From a phage: 64,000 nucleotides of DNA. The stretch is from sequence record PX423614.1, one strand, 5' to 3'. This document shows, piece after piece, positions 56,706-64,000 of the stretch. The notes beneath the pieces were generated by a model. It ran no database searches. It was not told the DNA's origin and saw nothing but the letters and a program-made list of their open reading frames with translations. Position 1 is the stretch's first letter; each line of letters opens with the position of its first letter. A program made the position numbers and the translations under genes.

Positions 56706-57788
56706 TTAATCTACGAGATACTTAAATGCGTCTTCGTGACGAATACGACCCTCTGAGAATGCCTTGGCAACCTTAGCGTTGTCTGGCGTATTGGAAGAAC
56801 GAGACTTAGAAGCATCGGACTTCACAACCTTGCGTGGAGAGCCGGGACGTTTAATCTTAGCCATCACCTGCTGCTTACCTTTATCAAACTGGTATGCTTT
56901 GTGTAGAGCTAGGAAGATTGACGGACGGTTCTCTTTCAGCACTTCTTCTTCTGTAGCACCTAAGTCGATTGCGTACTGCATCAGGTTCTGATACAAGTTG
57001 TCATCCCAATTAGGAATCTCACGTTTAAGTACGCTTACACACTCAGTACATTTAGCTTGGAAGAGCTGTTGTTCTTTTGCTAGTGCTTCTTGCTTGATTT
57101 TAAGCTGAGCTTGTTCAAGCTGTTGGCGACGAGCTGTATATTTTTCTAAGAAACGTTTGTTTTCTACATAAGCTTGAGGATCTTCTTGTGCAAGTTTGTC
57201 CCAATCAAAACCGTTGTAATCTTCAATTACTCGGTCTGCTTCTAGGGCAGCTAGTTCTAATACATCCCCCAAGCCAGCAACACGCTCTTCAAAAGCTTCA
57301 ACATGACGCTGCAAAGTAGTCTCACGTTCGGACATTTCTGCACCAGTCAAATAGCCATTAGACAACTCTTCAATAGTCATCTCACGACCGTCAGGAAGGG
57401 TGATAACAGTTTCATAATCTACGTCAAAGACTTCACCTTCTTCGCCATCTTCATCACTGTTAGCAGCTTCATCGTGACCTGCTTCACCGGAATCATCTTC
57501 TTCATCTTCTTCATCAGAGAACTCAGACTCTTCCTCTTCTTCTTCGCCTTCCTCTTCACGATCTTCCCAACCATCTTCATCTTCGAACGCTAACGTATCG
57601 TCATCACCGAGAAGGTCGGAAGCATCAAGATCAAAAGTCTCAGACTGTTCTGGGAATTCATCATCGATGTTCACTTCTGGTTCACGTTCTGATTCTAATT
57701 GACTAAGCTCTTCTTTGAAGGAGCCTTTTAAGTCGTCTAGTTGGAGGAAAGATTTAAAATCGTTCGGGTCAATATAATCATTTGCCAT
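56706..57788 (-). CDS. scaffolding protein (acidic, 360 aa)
   Basis: Highly acidic with poly-Glu/Asp runs (EEGEEEEEESEFSDEEDEEDD); located between portal and capsid. Confidence 0.5.
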   Translation of the reverse strand: MANDYIDPNDFKSFLQLDDLKGSFKEELSQLESEREPEVNIDDEFPEQSETFDLDASDLLGDDDTLAFEDEDGWEDREEEGEEEEEESEFSDEEDEEDDSGEAGHDEAANSDEDGEEGEVFDVDYETVITLPDGREMTIEELSNGYLTGAEMSERETTLQRHVEAFEERVAGLGDVLELAALEADRVIEDYNGFDWDKLAQEDPQAYVENKRFLEKYTARRQQLEQAQLKIKQEALAKEQQLFQAKCTECVSVLKREIPNWDDNLYQNLMQYAIDLGATEEEVLKENRPSIFLALHKAYQFDKGKQQVMAKIKRPGSPRKVVKSDASKSRSSNTPDNAKVAKAFSEGRIRHEDAFKYLVD

Positions 57789-58024
57789 TAGGAATTATCT
57801 CCTGCATTATTGATAGCAGCTTTTATGACCTCTTTTAAGCTACCAACCATTTTATACTTTTGATAACATTCTTCGCGTTTCTTATTCTCATGAGCCTCGG
57901 TTAATACGATATCTCTCATGAGGGTTTCTTTTAATGCCTCTAATGCTGCGTCAAGAATGCCGTTGTGATTGAGAGCCGCCAAAGCGGCGGCGTGCTCTTT
58001 ATTGAATTGCTGTCTTGTATTCAT
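57788..58024 (-). CDS. hypothetical small protein (78 aa)
   Basis: ORF track. Confidence 0.4.
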   Translation of the reverse strand: MNTRQQFNKEHAAALAALNHNGILDAALEALKETLMRDIVLTEAHENKKREECYQKYKMVGSLKEVIKAAINNAGDNS

Positions 58025-58033
58025 TCAGTATCC

Positions 58034-60277
58034 TTATTTTCTACTACCAAGACGACGGTTAGGAATCCGTGAATCTTTGATTGAACTTTGCTGTTCTTTC
58101 TTAGTTTCATTTGCTTCTTTCTTTTGGAGTTCCAAAGTCTTATCTTGAATTTTAGCCTGATTTGCAACTTTCTCAACATCGACCTGATGATTAAGAGTCA
58201 TCTGCAACTCTTTAAGTACAGATTCATACTGACGGACCTGTTGCTGGAGCAGAGCCAACTTATGCTTGGCTTGTTCAAGTGTAGCACTGTTATCTTCTTT
58301 ACGGTTCTCCAAAGTCATCTGATCAGCAGCATTCTCTTGCTTAAATTGCAGTTCTTCTTGACGTAAGCTGAACTCATCCGCAGCTTTCTGCTGTTCAAAC
58401 GTAGTACGTTCACGCTGGTCGAATGCATCAGCAATCATCTTCTGAGAAGAAGCCTGTACGTTCTCAACCTGTGCTTTAGTCATCTCAAGCTGGAGGATTT
58501 CCATCGGAGTTGGCTCAGGAGGTTGATACTGTTCCAGAGGCATTAAGTATTTGTGGGTGTCTTTAATTCCCATCAACTCGAAGATCTGTGCAGTCATATA
58601 ACGATCTTGCTCCAGAGTAAACAGAGGTGCTAACTGAGCATCAGCAGCAATCAATTGCTTCAGGCTGATTAGTTTCTGGGCACGTTCTGATTTCTCGCTA
58701 GGAGAGATAGCTACAACAACTTGTAGATTATGACGAGCAGGTAGTTGTTTAGGATGAACCTGAACCATACCACGAGGGGTTTGTACTTGTAAAGGAACCT
58801 CACCATTTTCTCGGACTAAATTATAAATACCACGCATCAATTCAACCATACCGTTGTGAGCAATATTACGACAGACCATACGGAGACGGTTCTGAGCAGC
58901 ATTCATCATCAATCCAACAGTTGCATACGCGTTATCATTCTTAAACACATCAGGGTTAATGCCCATACCAAGTTTAGTAACACCAGTACGAGTTTCTTTC
59001 AACTCATCAGACATTCCCAGCAAGCCATCGATACCTTGAGGTAGGTTATGATACGGGAAGAGATCAATCGCATCCTGACGCTCCATTTCTACTACACCAC
59101 CCGGACGGTTGTCTAGCAAAGAACGACGGTCATATGCGCCTACGAGCGCCTTGTATCGACCATAGTTAGCGTTATTTACGTTATCAATATAACCTCGGAC
59201 CAAAGCGGTACGTAAATCCTGAATATCTTTAGTAATATCATAAACCGACTGTCCGTAGAATGAACCCGGGATAGGATAAGGGCAGAAAGTTACAAAAGGA
59301 ATGCTAGTTACTTCCTCACAAGAGAGAATATGCTCACCTGCTTGAATAACTTGGTAAAGTTTTGATTCTTTATTCTTATCAAGTACACCAGTACGGATAT
59401 AATGTTCATAAACCCATACCATACATGCAATGTCATCAGTGTCAACACCGATATCAGCATCAGTGTCCTGTCTCCAGTCAGTACGTGACCATGCAACGGT
59501 AGACTGAGTGGTGTCCATTGTGTCAGTCCAGTCATTAAAAGCTTCAATTTCATCTTTAGGGAAGCCCATAGCAACCAGATCTTCTTTAGATTTACGTGTG
59601 CGATGACAAAAATACTGAGCATCTGAAAAAGAGGTAGCATGTTCGTCAACAAAAATCTGTTCTGAAGGAACATATTCTACTTTAACACGTTTTACTGTTT
59701 GTTTGTAAGTTACTTTAACGTCCACTGTACCATCTTCATTGTCAGTGGTAAAAATTTCTAAATCTTGAAGCCCACCAGCTTCTAAACCTTGGACATATGC
59801 AGCCAAAGCTTCCGGAGGAACACCCTCTGCTTCTTCTGTTTGAGTAGAAGTTTGTTCATCCCAATAGTATTTAATAAAAGAGTTACGTGTAACCAGACAC
59901 TCTTGTGCCGCTGAAGAGATAATATTGTATCCCGGATTATCACGTAACAAAATTTGGTTGACAAGTTTAGTGGCTACGTCAGCAGCATCACTATCTTCTT
60001 GGTTATCGGCTACGAAAGTTACCGCTTCGTCACCAGAACAGAACACGTTAATGATATCTTGGAGTGTACCATTCACTGATTCCCATACTGTACGGTCTAC
60101 CCAACTAGAACTACCAGCAGTAACTGGAGCAGGAAGGTTCCCATAGAAGTATTCCCAAGCTTCACGAGCATAGCCTTTTACAGCTAAGTCTACATAACCC
60201 TGAGCATAGTTGAATCGACGTTGAAGGTCAACGCGTAATTCATCCAAAACATCTTCACTAAATTTCTTCTTAGCCAT
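58034..60277 (-). CDS. portal protein (747 aa)
   Basis: Large ORF immediately downstream of terminase large subunit and upstream of scaffold; assignment by position and size. Confidence 0.55.
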   Translation of the reverse strand: MAKKKFSEDVLDELRVDLQRRFNYAQGYVDLAVKGYAREAWEYFYGNLPAPVTAGSSSWVDRTVWESVNGTLQDIINVFCSGDEAVTFVADNQEDSDAADVATKLVNQILLRDNPGYNIISSAAQECLVTRNSFIKYYWDEQTSTQTEEAEGVPPEALAAYVQGLEAGGLQDLEIFTTDNEDGTVDVKVTYKQTVKRVKVEYVPSEQIFVDEHATSFSDAQYFCHRTRKSKEDLVAMGFPKDEIEAFNDWTDTMDTTQSTVAWSRTDWRQDTDADIGVDTDDIACMVWVYEHYIRTGVLDKNKESKLYQVIQAGEHILSCEEVTSIPFVTFCPYPIPGSFYGQSVYDITKDIQDLRTALVRGYIDNVNNANYGRYKALVGAYDRRSLLDNRPGGVVEMERQDAIDLFPYHNLPQGIDGLLGMSDELKETRTGVTKLGMGINPDVFKNDNAYATVGLMMNAAQNRLRMVCRNIAHNGMVELMRGIYNLVRENGEVPLQVQTPRGMVQVHPKQLPARHNLQVVVAISPSEKSERAQKLISLKQLIAADAQLAPLFTLEQDRYMTAQIFELMGIKDTHKYLMPLEQYQPPEPTPMEILQLEMTKAQVENVQASSQKMIADAFDQRERTTFEQQKAADEFSLRQEELQFKQENAADQMTLENRKEDNSATLEQAKHKLALLQQQVRQYESVLKELQMTLNHQVDVEKVANQAKIQDKTLELQKKEANETKKEQQSSIKDSRIPNRRLGSRK

Positions 60278-60342
60278 CTAATCTCTCCCTCGGTGATAGC
60301 TTGGAAGGAACTACTAAAGGGAGGACAAAGCCTCCCCTATTT

Positions 60343-61896
60343 TTAGTAGGTCTGATTCCATCTGTTAATATTGTCTTGATAAAGCGATGAACTACCATAA
60401 CTAGCATCATGCTTACTACGTCCACGATGTGTTACAGAACAAGCTGAATATCGCATAGCATCCATCAAGTCATCGTGTTCCTTAACAATCTTGCCAACCT
60501 TACGGTGATAGCGAGCTTTCTCTTCAAAGAGTTTAGCACACGAAGCAATGTTAAAGATTTTGAAACGACCTGACATCATACGTTCACGAATATCAGTAAT
60601 TCCTGGCTCTACAAAGAAGTTCTTCTTACCATCCATTCCAATCTTGTTGTAGAAGGTCTCACTCTGTACGTTAACTCCTGCATTCTTATAGAATTGAGCA
60701 ACAGATGAACCACTTCCCTTCTCAATGTTATCGGCATCATGAGGAAGAATAACTGGAATCCACTGACCACGACCATTAATAGCTGGTGCATGATACACCG
60801 GAGTAAATCCACCTTCTTTATAGCAGTCATAAACATAAATCGTATCAGTGTTAGCATCATATGCTGTCCAAACAGCGGCTGTCGGGTGATCGATACCAAT
60901 ATCAATAGCACAAACACGTTTCCACGTATCAGGTATCTCAAAGGGATCACACTTAATCATGTCATCTGATACATCATAAATTAAACCAGAACCAAGCAAC
61001 GGCATACCTTTTGAACGCATCTCTAACTGCCATGCTGGAATACCTTCAGTCATATCTTTAATATCTTGGTCAGTGATGTGTCCACCTAAATCTACGTGAG
61101 CATCCCACCAAGAAGCGTTCTGGAAATATAGAGAACCTGTGTTCTCGTCCCCTTCACCTTTCATAAACTTATCCACCAGCTCTGTTAAACCGTTCTCTGG
61201 TGTAGCTGTAATAGTAACTAAACCTTTAGTTGTAAGTGTACGTGTTACACACTGAGAGAAGATTGCCATAGATTCGTATGGATCTTCTTCGTCCAGCCAA
61301 ATGTAATCAACCGTAGCACCCATCAATGTATGTTCACCCTGTTGGGTAGAACGGAACTCCAGCGTACTTAGACCATCAAACTCGCCTCTCGCGTTTTGAT
61401 GTTTAATCTGTACAATCTGTAATTTGTTCCCATCTCGTTCTATTGTATCAATGACAATAGCATCACGAGGAATAACACCTGTTCCTATTAGATTCATATC
61501 TTTTCCGATAGGTGTTCCAAACAATTCCTTTTGCAATACCTTTCTTGTAGAGTCCCCTGTAATCCCTACTGCCCAAGCCAATATGGGTCGATTAAATCTA
61601 TATCCTGTCCACCAAGTTGGGTAGCGACCTGTGACATGACAAGCAAACTCGTATGCCTCGCTGTAAGATTTACCAACACGGTTAGCTGCACACAGGAATC
61701 GGAAGCGATGCTTCAACCCTGCTGCATAGAATTTCTTCTGAAAGTCGTAAGCTTTAAAAGCTAACATCTTATTATATTTTCTCCACTGGTCCCTTTCTTT
61801 TAACATATTGAGCAAAGCTTTCTTCTCCTCTACACTCAACTTGTCTCCAGTTAGAGCTTCATAAATTTCTTTATCTAACGACATATATTCCTCCAA
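60343..61896 (-). CDS. terL: terminase large subunit
   Basis: Walker A-like LCAANRVGKS in N-terminal ATPase region; acidic residues in C-terminal nuclease region; size ~517 aa. Confidence 0.7.
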   Translation of the reverse strand: MEEYMSLDKEIYEALTGDKLSVEEKKALLNMLKERDQWRKYNKMLAFKAYDFQKKFYAAGLKHRFRFLCAANRVGKSYSEAYEFACHVTGRYPTWWTGYRFNRPILAWAVGITGDSTRKVLQKELFGTPIGKDMNLIGTGVIPRDAIVIDTIERDGNKLQIVQIKHQNARGEFDGLSTLEFRSTQQGEHTLMGATVDYIWLDEEDPYESMAIFSQCVTRTLTTKGLVTITATPENGLTELVDKFMKGEGDENTGSLYFQNASWWDAHVDLGGHITDQDIKDMTEGIPAWQLEMRSKGMPLLGSGLIYDVSDDMIKCDPFEIPDTWKRVCAIDIGIDHPTAAVWTAYDANTDTIYVYDCYKEGGFTPVYHAPAINGRGQWIPVILPHDADNIEKGSGSSVAQFYKNAGVNVQSETFYNKIGMDGKKNFFVEPGITDIRERMMSGRFKIFNIASCAKLFEEKARYHRKVGKIVKEHDDLMDAMRYSACSVTHRGRSKHDASYGSSSLYQDNINRWNQTY

Positions 61897-61950
61897 TAAA
61901 ATAAAAAAGGGAGAGATCCCTCGCGAAAAGAACCTTCCCCTCTATTCCTA

Positions 61951-62418
61951 TTAACTCTCGTCCGCTTCCTCCTCCTTTTCAGCGTCCTCAGAGTCCTCTG
62001 GAGGTAGCACATCCACTTTCAGTGCACCAGTCAAGAAGTCTCGAATCTGTGCGTTCAGTGATTCTTCATTGATTACATTCTCTTCCTCAATCTTAACCTC
62101 AACAGAAGCTGCCTTAGGATATACCAGATCAGCGACTTTACTTGCAGCCTTGAATCTAAGATCAGGTGGAATATTTGGATCTTCATAAATCTGAATCAAC
62201 ACTTCATCAGGAGACAAATGACTAGCAGCAACACGATCGAGCATGAGCTGTGTCAATTTACCTCTACTACCTTTGGGACGTCCAAATTTATTACCTTTAG
62301 TGAACTTCCCTGTGCTTGGTTCCATGCCCTTGGATTCAAGTTCTTCCGTTACTCCGGGCAGTCTTCCTGTAATCTCAGCTACCTGTGCAGGCGTGAGTTC
62401 TCCTTTTTCTCCAAACAT
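61951..62418 (-). CDS. putative terminase small subunit
   Basis: Immediately upstream of terL; basic N-terminal GNKFGRPKGSRGK DNA-binding-like segment, acidic C-terminus. Confidence 0.35.
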   Translation of the reverse strand: MFGEKGELTPAQVAEITGRLPGVTEELESKGMEPSTGKFTKGNKFGRPKGSRGKLTQLMLDRVAASHLSPDEVLIQIYEDPNIPPDLRFKAASKVADLVYPKAASVEVKIEEENVINEESLNAQIRDFLTGALKVDVLPPEDSEDAEKEEEADES

Positions 62419-62483
62419 CTTATACTCCTTCTACATTATCGTTATAACAAAAAGCCTCCCACGAGAGGAGGCAACACCTTTTA

Positions 62484-63158
62484 TTAATCTACATCACCTA
62501 TGTGTAGGTTGAACAAAGTCTGGAGAGCTACAGTTTCACCTTCCCAGCTAACTGGAACAGATTTGTCATTCTCTACCTCAAAAGAAGAGGACGCCAAAAA
62601 TTTTTTGTATTCTTCAAGCTCGGGGTCCAGAGCTTGTTCACTAACATGCACCCACGTAACTACTTCATTACCTTCTTCATCAATTACTACATTACGAGAC
62701 CATTGCTCTTTTGAATTTAAATAGTTATTCAGAGCTTCATACTCGGCTTCTTCAATCATCTCAATCATCTCGCGGGCATAGTCCGGTAGGTGTGCATGTT
62801 TGTCGGATACATACGGAACAACTTCTAAATTGGAAGGAAGCTTACGTTTAACCTCTTTCGCTACAGTGAAATAATCTTTCACGTCTTTAGCTTCTGTACG
62901 AGGAATCAAACCTTCCCATAATTCACGGGTTGAAGGAGCATAACCATACACAGAATCATGAGCCAGTTGTTTTGCCATCTCAACTCGGGACTTACCTCCA
63001 GTAGTTTCATGAATACGGTTCAGATAGAAAGTGTCCTCTGATAAAGGACGGAGATTGCCATTATACGTAACTTCGCCTTTACATCCCATGTTCTCATAGA
63101 TTGCATTCAGTGTATTAGTTCCTGTCATATTATTCATCATTCTCTCCTTCAGCGCCAT
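62484..63158 (-). CDS. hypothetical protein (224 aa)
   Basis: ORF track. Confidence 0.5.
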   Translation of the reverse strand: MALKERMMNNMTGTNTLNAIYENMGCKGEVTYNGNLRPLSEDTFYLNRIHETTGGKSRVEMAKQLAHDSVYGYAPSTRELWEGLIPRTEAKDVKDYFTVAKEVKRKLPSNLEVVPYVSDKHAHLPDYAREMIEMIEEAEYEALNNYLNSKEQWSRNVVIDEEGNEVVTWVHVSEQALDPELEEYKKFLASSSFEVENDKSVPVSWEGETVALQTLFNLHIGDVD

Positions 63159-63393
63159 AGCGATAATCTTTATAAGTTTCAGCCTTGTAGGTTACAAAGC
63201 AACGCATGTACAACCAACCCAATGAACTCAGATCTATTGTCACATCAAAATCTTCATCGTCATCTAGGTCTACTAATCTACCCAAACAAGTTATTACTTC
63301 AGTGTCTCCAACTTCTTCAACTTTAAATGCACATTTCTCAGTGCGGAAGTAAGGAATCAACTCTGATAAAAAGTCTAGAAACATTTTATATCT
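63130..63393 (-). CDS. hypothetical protein (first gene of - block)
   Basis: Internal ATG at 63393 with RBS GAGGAG 8 nt upstream; track ORF extends to 63453. Confidence 0.45.
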   Translation of the reverse strand, partial: RYKMFLDFLSELIPYFRTEKCAFKVEEVGDTEVITCLGRLVDLDDDEDFDVTIDLSSLGWLYMRCFVTYKAETYKDYRYGAEGENDE

Positions 63394-63526
63394 CCTCTGA
63401 TAAAGGGAGGGGTCTTCACCCATAAAGGCGTACTCATCTAAAGGCCCACCCATCTAATCTCTGAAGTAAAGGGGACTCCATAAAGGCTACCCCACATTAA
63501 GGCATACCCATAAAGGCCATGTCATG

Positions 63527-63691
63527 TTAAGGCTTATCCACCCATTTACTATTCCTAACCTTACCACAGTCTGCGCATCTCCATGTACTCTTGTAATAAG
63601 CGTGTAACCGTTCATCACCTCTTGATATCCGGATTGGATAGTACTCGTGATTACATTTGAATTGCTTAATTAGTAACTTAATCTTCCACAT
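63527..63691 (-). CDS. small zinc-ribbon-like protein (54 aa)
   Basis: ATG at 63691 (- strand) with AAGGA upstream; C-x-H...C-x2-C arrangement; below ORF track cutoff. Confidence 0.2.
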   Translation of the reverse strand: MWKIKLLIKQFKCNHEYYPIRISRGDERLHAYYKSTWRCADCGKVRNSKWVDKP

Positions 63692-64000
63692 AAAATAGTT
63701 CCTTATTCTTATATATAAGAGTTTAAAATTTCAATTTGACCGAGTGGACCTAGCCTCTCCGAGCGCGTTTCCTAAAAAGGGGGAGTCCTCATTTAAATTG
63801 TGGATATTACCAATGCAATTGCCTTTAGGAAATCAACCAGCCTTTAAGCCCTAAGCCCTAGCTCCCTTGCTACCAGTGGCATACCTGCCCATAAATACCC
63901 TACCCATTAATATAAGCCATCTATTTAATACCCATGTATATCTAACCAGTATTCTCCCACCCGTATTTCTCTTACTCATGTTGAGAAGGGATGAAAGGCT

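Noticed and set aside
63400-63560. Possible CRISPR array suggested by short direct repeats
   Set aside because: Repeats are only 7-9 nt, irregularly spaced (11-40 bp) and partly degenerate, unlike 25-40-nt CRISPR repeats with uniform spacers; more consistent with protein-binding sites
1-64000. Single-subunit T7-type RNA polymerase, integrase, repressor or other lysogeny module
   Set aside because: No ORF of suitable size or motif found; the genome looks virulent and probably dependent on host RNAP plus a phage sigma candidate

Overview
This 64 kb window reads as a near-complete genome of a virulent tailed phage, organised as two convergent blocks that meet at a bidirectional terminator near 32.05 kb. 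The + strand block (about 0.1-31.9 kb) carries early and DNA-metabolism genes: a T7-like replisome (zinc-finger primase/SF4 helicase, a family A DNA polymerase split into a separate 3'-5' exonuclease gene and a distant polymerase gene, thioredoxin, a gp2.5-like SSB candidate, a 5'-3' exonuclease), nucleotide-metabolism genes (Dcd-family dCTP deaminase, a divergent ThyX-like protein, a P-loop kinase, a HAD-like phosphatase), a PhoH-like ATPase, a Dps-like ferritin, an ECF-like sigma factor candidate and an overlapping spanin pair. The - strand block (32.1-63.4 kb) carries packaging and virion genes: terminase, portal, acidic scaffold, major capsid, Ig-like decoration, two tail fibres, a T4-type lysozyme, a lytic transglycosylase and a 1481-aa internal protein. 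No integrase, repressor, single-subunit RNA polymerase, tRNA or CRISPR was recognised. The main candidate for an undescribed system is the 5' cluster (2.8-10.7 kb) of amidoligase-like, class II glutamine amidotransferase, ATP-grasp and gamma-glutamyl-cyclotransferase-like genes; its target (DNA base, protein or metabolite) cannot be decided from sequence. Other notable points are a group-I-intron-like HNH insertion at motif C of the polymerase gene, a predicted -1 frameshift (G GGA AAG) fusing the capsid to a ~540-aa Ig-like extension, an apparent ATT start on the amidotransferase, two families of small paralogous proteins, a paralogue broken at a (TA)6 tract, and recurring intergenic motifs. 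All calls rest on reading the translated ORFs and sequence by eye; no database search was run.
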